Shown piece by piece: positions 10,760 through 22,524 of a stretch of DNA of 32,143 nt (its first letter is position 1; every line of letters begins with the position of its first letter). The position numbers and the translations under genes are program-made. The stretch comes from Ionaspis alba (taxonomy: Eukaryota), in NCBI GenBank assembly GCA_964255285.1, contig CAXUUL010000104.1, positions 1 through 32,143 on the forward strand. The letters run 5' to 3'. A model generated the notes under the pieces. It was not told the origin of the DNA, made no database searches, and worked only from the letters and a program-made list of their open reading frames with translations.

Positions 10760-13145
10760 AAGGGGTATAGATGTATTGTGACTTGGCGACTAATCAGACT
10801 TGCAGGCAGGCTTAGTAGTCCATGATATGTGATGCTTGCGGGTCGACCATGGTCTAAAAGCGTAGTTTCTGTAAAAAAACTGGCTCAATTCAAGGAATCG
10901 TGGCTCATAACATCTTTATAAAATTACATAACTTCGAAGTTGCACTAGAACCATAGTCGGCCGCTTTATCTGTGGCTGATATGTTCCAATTCGTCAAACA
11001 AATCCGTATTTCAGCAGCAACACTTTTTTTCACCTTAAAAGTAGCACTTTATCTCTTGATTGATTAATAATGTCTCCAAATATATACTCCTTTTCTTTGC
11101 CACCAATGATGATTGATGACGGACGCCAAGGTCTAGGTTTTCATGTCGAGATTGATACTTTTATGACCTAGCACTCTTCCAGATCATATCTGCTACACAA
11201 TTCAGCTCGTCGGAAACGAATTTTGGCGGTAATGTACTTGCCAAACAGAAATTGGGGCGTAAAGATTCCAACGAGGTGGAAGTCAGGTAGGCTGAAAACA
11301 TATCGAGGATCAATGACTCTGCAGACCAATCTGGCGATCTGTTCGACTTTCAAACTGCATGCTGCTCTTGATAGATGCAGATATAAAGAAGGTGAACAGG
11401 AAACTAGGCCGCCTGATACGACGGACTGAAATGCGTCAGAAGGAGAGGAGTCTGGTGATTTGGAAGCGCTGGGAACACAGCGAGTGGTGGAATCAGAGCT
11501 TTGCGCTTCACTAGATCCTCATGCAGTCGCAGAACAGCCCAGGAAGTTTCTCCATAGACTCGTGACTCTCGTCAGAGCTTGATAATAGTTGGTTGGAGGC
11601 GTCATTTTGGGACTACGATAGACCCGCTCTCCACTCGATCAGGAAGACGAAACCCGGGAGCTGCTATGCACCCTCTAAGATGACATGCACCTCTAATATG
11701 AAATAGTAATGTAGCTGTCACGGTTTTGTCCCAGTGCCCCGCCTGTCAAATGCTTTTCTCTCAGCCTTACCAGCAAATCCCAGAAATCGCGTTGGCGCTA
11801 GTCTCGGTCGGGGCAGACGATACGAGTGGTGGAATAGTGGTCCGGAGCTACCTCCGCAGCCAATCAGATTGTCTTCCAGAGGCAATCATGCACCCACAAT
11901 CGCATCCTTGTGTCGATGGGATTCTTCAAGAATGCCATCTTCAAGGGATCATGTGGCTTTTAGCCGTGCATGGGAACGGTGACGTTTCTGACCGATTTTT
12001 TTGCCGGAAAAATGGTGGATCTGGAGGACGTCCTTCGACAGGCCCGCTGTGGCAAGAATTGCTGGGTTCTAGGAAACGATGGCCAGCCACACGTTCGATT
12101 TGAGGCGTATGCATTGCGGCCATGCTACTGTATCGAAGTGTCTCGAAGCTTGCCATCTTTGTATGAATCTTGCCGGAATGCTTGCACTCTGCTAATTTTC
12201 GTTGATATTGCCATTGGCTATCTACGCAAGAGCAATTATCAGTAAAAACTGGGATCCGGTAGTCATTAGCAAGTCAAACTTTTCTGTAAGGAACCCAAAG
12301 GCATCTCGCGTTCGTCGAGAGACCATCGGAAGCAACTGGCCAGTCACCCACCAGCTCGAGGGAGACATTCGCCACCGACCAGTAGGAACCCTGGAGTGAA
12401 GGACGAAATAACATATCTTGTTCCAGAGACAGCCAGCCTCTCAGCCGGCGCAAGAGTGAGAACGAATTGAGCTAGCTCTATAGTTCTCTCCACAGGCGAA
12501 AAAGGGAAGGCCATTCTTCTCGCAACGACGATCATCGAGCCACCGTTCTTCCGGTTCCGATTCAGCTCGAATAAAACATTAGAATAGCGACGGGAACTTC
12601 GGATTGTTCAACATCGTTCTACGCGAACAACAACGATCCTTTGGACGTCCTACAACTTGCGGACAAACGATCTGTCGAAGTTGCGAGCAAGTGTCTTGCT
12701 GGTCGTCGTGGTTGACCTCGCTCTGTATACCAGAAAATCCACGATTAGCGCGACGTCAACCACTTTTTCGCCCTCTTTTGTCCCACGATCGAACGCGCAA
12801 ATGCTGAACTATTTCTTTTGAATTGCCACAGACGTCTCCTGAACAAACAACTCCTCGAGTCGGTGGTCCTATACTGCCAGAAATCAAAGCTCGCGTGCTT
12901 GGGACCTCAATAACTGCTGTGGTGTTGAGGGACGAGAGATGAGCGGTTCTGGACCGATGATGCTGGCGTGATGGAATTTGTGGGTGAACCCTCTCGCCTA
13001 TGTACCGATCCATTCAAGATCAGTATCAAATCCCGATCTCCAGCCAGAACCCCCCAAATTCTCGCACTTCTTTCCACAAACAATCAGGCTTCTACAGCAT
13101 CTACCCGATTATGCCCTTCCTCAACCTCCTTTCACGTTCACTACC

Positions 13146-15549
13146 ATGGCTGACTTCCGTCCAATCGCTCCGGCTCTACAGAGTGAGCATTCTTCTACCT
13201 CTTCCGCCAATCAAAGGGACCATCCTTCGGATACCCCTGGCACCTCGATCGGAGGCTTGTCCGGGCTGGGATCTGGAGTAGGGTCCGGAAGTGGCGGAGG
13301 TGATGGCGGGGGAGATGGCGGGAGACGCGGGCGTGGCCCTCCTGGCGACGCAGGCCAACGTCGCCGTCGATTGCCGGGCCATGTCGCAGTCCTAGCTTGT
13401 AATGAGTGCAGACGTGCCAGAGCCAAGGTACGTATGCCACTCCGCACTATTGCTACAGTGGCCATCGCTCGTGGCCTTACGACCCTTGTTTTTCCTTCGC
13501 CTTGACGATGCCAAATCGTCTCTACAAATCAGTTGACTAAATCACCGCGTTACAGTGCGATGGAGAAAGACCGGAAACATGTAGCAGATGCGCCGCTCGC
13601 GGCTTCAATTGTGTTTACGAGCCTCACACCAAGACCCACAAGGATGATCTTATCAAAGAAATGGAGAGTATTCGAGCGCAGCACGCTGGTCTGCAAGGCA
13701 CGTACTCAGGCTTGCAAGAGGACACCAAAAACCTTCAAAGAGTCAACGAAGATCAAGGCATCATCCTCGACATCCTCACCAACAACGGCCATGTGGAAGA
13801 AGTCATTCGGAGACTGCGATCTGGCGAATCTCGAGAATCTGTCGCCGATTGGCTGCACAGCCGTCCGGAACTCGAGAAATACATCCAAACCATCTCTGGA
13901 TCACGGCAAAACATCCTCAACGTTGTGTCTCGCGTCGAAGACCTCTACCACACCGCGAACAGACCCCCTGGAACTGATGAAACGCCTCATAGCTGGACCA
14001 AAGTCACGAACAGTCAAGTTCTCATCCGTCATCTTTTCGAATTGTACTTCACCTGGGTCCATCCAGTCCACATGCTCTTCGGGGAACTGGACTTCTTGCA
14101 CAGCTATGAGGCGGGAGATCCGACCTACTGTTCTCCTCCTTTGGTCAACGCCGTCTGTGCCATGGCTTGCCATCTTCTCGAAAATCCAATACCCGGTGTG
14201 ACGAACAGAGAGATCAGTGATAGGATGAAACTCCGGGAGGCTTTCATGGACGAAGCCCGGCAAAGACTTGAACTATCATCGCTGCTGCCAATGACATCCA
14301 TCCAAGCATTTGCTGTCATGTTTCTCGTCGATCTAAGCTCCGGCAAAGCTCGACGCGCCGCGGCCTACCTCAGATGCTCGGCAGATAATCTTAAATCAAC
14401 GAACTTTGGGAAAAGAACAGAGGAAGTCATGGAGTTGTCACAGTGGGGAATCCATACCTTGAATACGTTGGTTTTTCCTATTGTTATCCCATTCCCCTTA
14501 CATTTTTGATCGTTCTCCTAGTGCTTGGTCCGGTATCACATTTCAAAAACCTTTCAATCCGGTATCCCCTCGGAAAAATGTTTTCTTCAATGTCGAAATG
14601 CTCAAGGATTCGGTGCCGGCTCAGTGGCGATACTACCGACAACCTGGAGACGAAGCCAACATTCCAAAACGTCCCAGTTATGCGATCCTGACAGCTTGTC
14701 ATCAAGCCAAGCTCTACCGAATCGTTCACGATAGTATCAACATATACTGTGGTGCTCGTGGCAAGGTAACGGCCAAAGAAATTATCGGATGTTACCGGCG
14801 TTATCTCGACTGGGAGGAGAGACTACCCGACCAGGTCAGACGAACGGACGAAGATGCCCAACCATTGCCTCATGTTCTAGGTCTTCAGTAAGTTTTTACC
14901 GGTACTGCAACTCTCGGGTCTGTATTGACCAGGTCAAATCAGCATTCAATACCACACAGCACTGATCCAGCTCTTCATACCCTTGGCCGAATGCGACTAC
15001 TTCCCACCATCTGACACTGCAGAGATTCGAGCCTTGATAGCAGATCATGCTCGCCAAGGACTTGCTGTTCTGGAACAATCTCATCGACTCTATTCATGTC
15101 GGTACAACATGCCTCTCACCACTTTCTGCATCCTGCACCTCGGCGATGCAATCATCCGCTATTCGACTGAACCACCAAGAAAAGAAGTAATCGAATTCCT
15201 CATGATGACCATGAAAGCGAACCGTGCGGGCTTCTCCATTTGCGGACCACTGCAACAGATGTTTCGGCGGTCGCTCGAGGACGCGCACGTCAACCTGCCA
15301 GAAAATATGGATGCTTTGATGGAAACTGGCATCACATATTCCGTCGATGATGTCCTCGACGCTTGTACACGATTGTCGTATGGACAACCTACGGACCAAA
15401 TTATCCGTTGGATTGATAGCTCGATTGCGGAGGGGTGGGTCGAGGAATGGCAGGACCAGGTTGATGTGCCACTCGATCCAAAACGGCGATCGAGAACGCT
15501 GTCGACGGGTACCCGATCAATGGAAATCACATCGTTATTGAACGATTGA
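13146..15549 (+). CDS. Zn(II)2Cys6 transcription factor with fungal-specific TF (middle homology) domain, NirA-like class, ~721 aa; exons 13146-13427, 13556-14466, 14522-14887, 14943-15549
   Basis: Spliced binuclear cluster ACNECRRARAK|CDGERPETCSRCAARGFNCVY, then a coiled coil and WTKVT...HLFELYFTWVHPVHMLF...YCSPPLVNAVCAMAC. Three GT-AG introns give an in-frame 2166 nt. Confidence 0.92.
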
Positions 15550-18518
15550 AATAGGTGGATGAAATTATGGAAGGACTGTCTTTTAAGATGGAATAATGCT
15601 GAAGAGAAAGATTCAAATGACATCGCGCGAAGATGGGCGGCAGCACAAATACCCTACTTTCGTTGTTTTTTTGCCAATTTGTGAAACTACCACATTCAGC
15701 TCTATTAGGGAGTCGGAGGAATAGTCACAGCACTCCATCGAAATCTCGTACAACAAAGTGGACTTGTGCATGCTTGATTGCTCTGCTTGGTATCTTGCTA
15801 TCGACATTGAAACCGGATTCTTCCAAATAATGAGCTTGCGACAAACGTAGGCTCGGCACTCGACCCTTGACAAGGGAAGTATGGCATGTCATCGTACTCC
15901 GCGTATCTTCACCCTTATATATGGACGCAGGGTCGGAGGGTACAGGTATGGTGGACCCTACTCCTGTTCTACCACTTCTCACTGCCATGACGATGTCTAC
16001 TTGCCCAACGATCTCGACCAAGCTATCTTCATCACTGCTGCGCACGGGAACAATAAGTATATTGATGGTATATGTCCCACAACGGCGACCATCAAACCAA
16101 GTCGGCGACAGATTCAAAACAGCGCCTGAACGCCGCGTAGAATCGCCACAATTCATACAGAATCCTCCCAGCATGCAGACTGCTACCGGATACCGGCAGG
16201 CCACTGTTTGATCGGATGACGGTTCCACCGTATCAGACACGGTGGCCTTCCATACCCCCAAACACCCAAACGTAGGGCCTGCGCCAAGTAGAATTTTCTT
16301 CGCGATGTTACCTCTGGGTCTCCAAGCATTCTCCTCTCATACCATAGCCTGTCTTCGCAATTGCGAAAGTAACTTCCACCAAGCCTCAGGATGCTGCAGC
16401 TGCAGGGTCTGGACCACAAGGCAGAAACCTCATCTCGATTTCTGCTCTGCAACCATGTACAGTATGCACGAAGGGGCTTGGCTGATTGTGACTGAGGCTT
16501 GGATCTTCGCCGTAAATTCAAACCCATCTACCGTTCTCAGCTCGACCCAACCTCCTCCTTCCAACAACCATTTCCCCTGCTAGTCCCCACCCCATTCAAA
16601 ACCGCACCGTACAAGCTCTCATAGCCGACCCATTGCTTACAAATCCACCCAGCGCGATACCAAAACCCAGACAACAATGGCCGATGCCCTCCCCTAACGC
16701 CAGATCTTTTCATGCCCAGAAGCGCCACGCTTCACATGTGCCCTGCATACCTAGCATCCGGATCCTAACGTCATCTGGACCCCAAGTGGGGCAGATCAAG
16801 TGACCGGAGTGGATTAGTGGCTTTCGAGTGGACCCCTTTCGGGTTGCGGAGTAGGGAGCATTTTGTCAGATCGTGCGCCAGAGGAGCCGATTTCTTGGAT
16901 TTGGAATCGGACTGGATGGAGAGGGATAGGCCAAGGTGACGTCGGTGGTGGAGAGCGGGGCCGGGAGAAGGACGAGATGAGGGGTCGTAGGGCTGGGAGC
17001 CTGTGGCGAAGACGGATGTGGCTGAGAAGGTCGGTTGAACCTTTGAGGCTACACAAGTTCGAATCTCACTTGAATATTTGTGGAGTGCTCCAGCATGGTC
17101 TATAAGGTGGGTTGGGGTCCTCCAGTTCTCTTCTCTGTTTCTGACTACATAAAGAGCAATACATCATGATGCACATAACAGAAATCTTGTCCCTAATCCT
17201 TCCAGGTAAAACTGACCTAGACCTCCCTCCAGCAAAGCATCATAAGAAATCTTCAACTTTCATACCAGTAATGTCTTCGTCGACATCCGGTTTGCCCATC
17301 ACATATACAGATTTGATGTTACCGAGGTACCGCTGTAGAGTGACTCCCCACCCAAGAGTATATAAATCAATCGTTGCCATAAACATTTTCGTCGGCCTTT
17401 CTGCAGACCCTCCTGACACCACTAGGTCGAACTTGGCCCTTTGTCGCTGTGCATCTACCTCCACCAAATCCTCTGTTCCTAAGACAGCAGCGTCAGTAGA
17501 GAGATGTAATGGTGATACTACCACCAGACGCAATTACCAAGAATACTTGCATCCTTTTCCAGAAGTTCTATGCGCACTGGATTATAGAAAATGATATAGG
17601 GAAGTTTTGGCTCTGGATTGGCGTTGCTAGGAGAAGGCTGTGCCGGTTCCTGTGTCTGGAGCTCACCGAGAGTGCCTGTTTCTGAACCTTGGGACCTTAC
17701 CTCGCAACACATGTTCTTCTTCTGGGGGTCTGAGCCTGTCGTCATTGTCATAGACAATAAAATGTCAGATCTAGAAAAGAAACAAGTAAAGAATTGCCGT
17801 TTTGAATTTTGATCGAGTTGAACAGGGAAGTCAGGGTGATCTGGAGAAAATAGCGAAGAAAAGTAAGTTAAGGGCACTGGCATTCACGAAAGCGTTTAAA
17901 ATCAATGCGAAGAACTGTGAATCATAAATAGAATCACCTGTCTAACCCACGAAGACCATAATGCTGGAAAGTGAACACAGTCCCCCGCGTGCACCTCTTG
18001 TGAAGCACGCTACGAACTTGAAGACAAGTTGACAGGAAGGATGCCACAATGCATGGATGCTTGACCATTTCTCATCGTATACCACTGATCTCGGAAGAAT
18101 GCAAGGAATCCAACTTTGTATAGTTCAACACAAGGCAAAGAGTTCGCCTCTGCCCGGACGGGGCGGCACAAGCGAGCAGGAAATGAATTATAAGTAAGCC
18201 AAGAACGCAGAACCATATGCGCTTGTTCAAGATTCTTTCAAATAGCCATCCGACCTATTTGCAATCAAGTCTTCCGACTCCGAGATATTGCAACTCACCG
18301 GCCCAGATACTTATGTTTTCATGAAGCAGCGAATCATGGCGCACGCTCGCTACCTCCACTCGTAGATCTAGCCAACTCCTTCTTTTTCCCTCCCACAGCT
18401 TACCGTCTCTGGGCCCTCGAATTCTTCCCAATTGCGCTCCTCCCCCACCAAGGTACTACCTGTCGCACAACGACATGTCAACATCCCCTCCAGCTCATTC
18501 TTCACCAAAACCTTCTCG

Positions 18519-19923
18519 TCAAGCTCCGGGTCCTTGGTCCACAATCTCATATACCTAAAAACATCTAGCATCAGCTTTCAAGCATTCAGCAACAACTTCC
18601 TCATCGTCCTTTCATCCACCACTTTTCACTTCACGAGCAACCCTCTGCCACCTGCTCCACTACAATCACTTCCTGAAGAGACAGTTCAAACTCACCAAAT
18701 CCCTCCATCCTCCACCTCCAAACCCAACCTTACTCCCCCCCTTCTCCTCAAACCCAAACCTCCCCACATACCACCCCACCATATCCGGCCTCGCTACCAG
18801 CGCAACCCGATCTGCTATCCCACTACCTTCCATCCGTTGCAAATAAGCCTTCAATAACGTCCTTCCTAAACCCATTTTCTGGTGCGTGGGTAATACACAG
18901 AGGGAGTGTATAGTAATGGTGCGACCATGGGGTGTATGTCCTTTCGTCGTGTCCCCGCCAGACTTTGGGGAGGGAGCGGGGGGTATCTTTGCGGGTGAGG
19001 TGGCCTCGGCGGAGGTGTGAGCAGGAATCTCGGGTGGAATGAAACCTTCGGGGATTTCCATGCAGGCGTCTGTGACTGTTGGAGAGGTCGTTTGCGTTGC
19101 TATTATTTGGGCGAGGAGGAGAGCGCGGTGGGAGGGTGTGGTGCTGTCGGGTGGTCGGGCGGCGTTGTGTGCGGCTTGCGTGGATGGCGTGGGGTGGATT
19201 GTTGTTGAGGAGAAGAGGCCCAGGGTTAGTTCTGGGGAGGTGGTGAGGCGGTAGATGAACTATTTGGAGGGAGTGGTTGTTAGTTGTTGCTGGTTGAGAA
19301 TGCTGCGCTTTGAAGAGCTGACAGAATGGTTTCAACATAAGGAGAGAATGATGCTGGGCGCATGTGAGCCGCGACTGGGTTATAAAGAGGATGTTTCATG
19401 AGGCGTCACAGGCGCAATATTTTCCTGCGAATTGAATCCAAGTATATCACATTTTCAACAGAACAGTTTCTGACCATTAAAACGCATAGACGAATTCTCC
19501 GGCTTCACGTCCCACACAAGAAGCATACCCCTTCCAGTCTCTCGACATATCCTTTATTCAAGTCACATCTTATGCCATAGTAAATTATCCACAAACCTTC
19601 TCCCTGCTTCCCCTCTCCTCCTCGGGGAAACACGCCTCCTCAAGCGCCAAACAGCCCTCTAGATCCGCAATCGATAGTGCCTGCACATAAGGATGCAGAT
19701 TCGCCTTCTCCGTACCCGTACGTAATGAATTCGAGAGCTGCATCTCGCGGTCGTCGGAAGGGTCGTGAAGGATCATGAAGGAATCGCTGGCATTTGGATG
19801 ATAGGACGGATCCGGATCGGGCGGGTGGGAAATAGAGGCTGTTTCAGGTTGCGGCGAAGATTGAGGCTCAGGGGAGTGGGAAAGCGGAGGAGAGGGGGAT
19901 GGCGGGAAGAGGTCGCGGGGCAT
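18519..19923 (-). CDS. GNAT N-acetyltransferase (Paa1 polyamine/arylalkylamine acetyltransferase-like), ~308 aa; exons 19923-19597, 19259-18696, 18554-18519
   Basis: LHPYVQALSIADLEGCLALEEACFPEEERGSREK|FIYRLTTSPELTLGLF, acetyl-CoA motif A IHSLCVLPTHQKMGLGRTLL, and WYVGRFGF...FGGGGWRDL|VYE. Two GT-AG introns give an in-frame 927 nt. Confidence 0.88.
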
Positions 19924-20142
19924 CGAAGGAGGGTTGATGAGCCTGCGACGGCACCGTTAGGAGCGAGGGTGAGGGAGGAAGACCGATAGGATTAGAGTAG
20001 TCTATAGGCTCCAATTGAGAACTTCAGAAGTTCGAGATGCGCCTCGACGCTGACTGGGCGCAAAATACTTCGAGGACGTATCGTCTTCACCTTGGCAGGC
20101 GGGGTGGAAGCACGTGAGCCGGACAATTCAGCTAACCCCTTT

Positions 20143-20253
20143 CAAAAGTGGTACAACAAATGGGCAAATTGAAACACTATTAATAACAATATATGTGATC
20201 AGGACGTTCCTCTTTTGGCTTTCTTATCGGAGATGCAAAAGTGGTACAACAAA
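20143..20253. repeat. Perfect 18-bp direct repeat CAAAAGTGGTACAACAAA (20143-20160 and 20236-20253)
   Basis: Read directly from the sequence; a degenerate third copy AAAAGTGGTCCAAC lies at ~20388-20401. Confidence 0.85.
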
Positions 20254-20343
20254 GGGGTACATTTAGAACATCCTAATCGTTACTTTCGGCATGTGTGGGC
20301 AATTCATAAGTGATACAACTCATTCAGGTTGGCCATTACTGGT

Positions 20344-20353
20344 ATCACGTGAT
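20344..20353. promoter_or_regulatory. Palindromic E-box ATCACGTGAT (candidate bHLH site) in the GNAT/DDI1 divergent promoter
   Basis: Perfect 10-bp palindrome with a CACGTG core, and a second CACGTG at 20111-20116. Function is inferred. Confidence 0.35.
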
Positions 20354-21050
20354 CGAAAATACTACCACTTCTGGCTTGCTCGTTGGAAAAAGTGGTCCAA
20401 CCTGTGATCCAACCTGTCAGGGTGGTGGCCGCTAAGTACCAGCACATCAAACACGATACATATGCTTGTCTATGGGAACCATGGCATACAGGAGTGTTCT
20501 GCAAGGATTGTTTGCTGCTTCATACAAGAACAGCCAATGATGGTAGGATTATCCAAGGATAGTAGGTACTTGATAGGTCGTATTTCTAGCCAGATCATGC
20601 ATGCAAATGTAGCGTATTGGACGTGCACGCATGCTCCTGGTGAAATCTCGTCGAGTGAAGCATTCAGCTCGATGAATAAGGTGATCAGCTCCAGTATTCT
20701 CATGTTGTCCCTCTTCGAGAATCCGTGTCGTCTGGATAGCGACTGCCTGGATTATGAGGCGCTAGCTTCGAGCACCTTCTGTGACATGATGCAGCCACCA
20801 CAGCTTACCCATCCCGTTTCCTCAAGCTTCCACAATCAACGCTCGCAGCAGGTGATCATAATCGGAAAACGCATCAATCTCTTGCCGAGCTTTCGTCGTG
20901 CATTGCAATAGCTCCTGTATTCACTTCAGCCTTATCTCCTGGTCGGTCTTCACGATTTACAGCAGTACGACTTCAGCATTTATCTCATAGACTTCGTTGC
21001 ATATATTGCTCGCGTTTTAGCATACCTTTGCAATTAGAGGAGCCACAGAC

Positions 21051-22524
21051 ATGTCTCTATCCGATACTAGCGTCATGAACTTCACTGACCAAATCACAGG
21101 AGAATCTCTATAGCCACCCCGACTGCGAATGCCGAAGACATCTTGAATTTGGATGTTGGGAAGGACATGAACATCGGAGACCTAAAAGCCGTAATACAAG
21201 AAGACGTACATATACCAGCAAATCGCCAACTAGTCTATTACCATCAGACTCTCCTCGAAGACCCAGCCCAAACGCTTGAAGGTATTGGCATCAACGATCA
21301 AGATGTTCTACAGGTCCACGAAATCGTATCCGTCCCTCAGGGCCAAGCAGCCCGAGCTGTATCTTCGCAACAAGGCGGACAAGGCGGTGGAAGAACACGA
21401 GACGATGCAGAGACACTACGTCTCGCTGCGCTGAACGATCCGTCAATAATGGAACAGATGCGGCGTTTTCGGCCTGAGCTCGCACGAGTGATCCAAGACC
21501 AACAACATTTCCGCGAGGTATGGAATGAAGTGGTAAGGCGACAGAGTGAAGCGGAGACGGAAGTACAACGTAATATAGCACGTTTAAACAATGATCCTAC
21601 CAATGTGGAAACGCAGCGGAAAATCGAGGCGATGATCCAGGAGGAGGCTGTTGAGGAGAACTTACAGTATGCCCTAGAGTGGATGCCCGAAGGTGAGACT
21701 TCTGTTTCATCCTTGTGGATTGATTGAGAACATCTACTAAACACATCTCTGCAGTTTTCGCAAGAGTACACATGCTCTACATCCCCGTCGAAGTCAACAA
21801 TACCAAAGTCAAAGCCTTCGTCGACTCGGGAGCCCAGACGACCATCATGTCGCCTTCCTGCGCCGAACGCTGCGGTATCATGCGGCTCCTCGACAAGAGA
21901 TTCTCCGGCATTGCACGTGGAGTTGGAACGGCCAGCATTCTCGGCAGAGTCCACAAAGCTCAGATCAAGATCGGGACAAGATTCCATCTGTGCAGCTTTA
22001 CCGTCATGGAAGGGAAGGACGTTGATCTGCTTCTGGGACTAGACATGCTTAAGAGACACCAGGCATGCATCGACCTGCGGAAGGGTGCATTGATCATTAG
22101 CGACGAAGAGGTGCCATTCCTGGCAGAGGCTGATATCCCGAAGAATGAGGAAGCGTTCGCGGATGAGCCAACCGTCGAAGGACCAGGAGGGCTACAGATC
22201 GGTGGGAGAAGCGGTACGGTCTTGCCTCCTTCCACAGAGCAGCCCGCTCCTGGTACCGGTAATTTCCAAGGCAAGGGCCAGACAGTGGGTTCGTCGGCGC
22301 AAGCACAACAGCCACCACAGCAGCAGCCGCAGCCTTCGGTGCGACAGCAGACGCCTTTGCGAGCTCCACAGCAGAGACCACAAGGCACTGCGTCGTTCCC
22401 GCCAGCAGCTATTGCCCAGTTGATGGATTTGGGATTTTCGAGGGAACAAGTTTTGCAGGCGTTGCTGAGGGCTGAGGGCAACGTTGAATTTGCAGCAGGG
22501 TTCCTATGGGAAAGGCTTGGCTAG
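21051..22524 (+). CDS. DDI1: DNA damage-inducible protein Ddi1 (UBL - helical - retroviral-type aspartyl protease - UBA), ~454 aa; exons (21051-21052), 21100-21692, 21755-22524
   Basis: UBL-like N-terminus, PE|VFARVHMLYIPVEVN..VKAFVDSGAQTTIMSPSCAERCGIMRLLDKRFSGIARGVG, DLLLGLDMLKRHQACIDL and C-terminal UBA LMDLGFSREQVLQAL..AEGNVEFAA. The exact 5' end is inferred. Confidence 0.95.

Noticed and set aside
11666..11701. Small imperfect tandem duplication ATGCAC(C)CTCTAA(G/T)ATGA
   Set aside because: Only two short copies, consistent with ordinary slippage.
11168..12535. Scattered 60-125 aa ORFs between RRP8 and the first TF
   Set aside because: No motif or consistent splice model; cannot be called a gene or pseudogene from sequence alone.
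17057..17065. GTTCGAATC tRNA T-loop/B-box-like motif
   Set aside because: The flanks do not form a T-stem or cloverleaf.
3358..19923. Possible secondary-metabolite cluster (P450, TF, GNAT)
   Set aside because: There is no backbone synthase, and the genes are interspersed with housekeeping RRP8 and flanked by mepB and DDI1.
20143..20401. CRISPR-like reading of the 18-bp repeats
   Set aside because: Eukaryotic context, only two exact copies, irregular spacing and no cas genes.
21337..22481. Long antisense ORFs opposite DDI1 (similar ones at 8914-9489 and 29156-29839, plus the off-frame 29047-29823)
   Set aside because: These are shadow ORFs explained by codon bias and GC content of the real genes; they carry no motifs.
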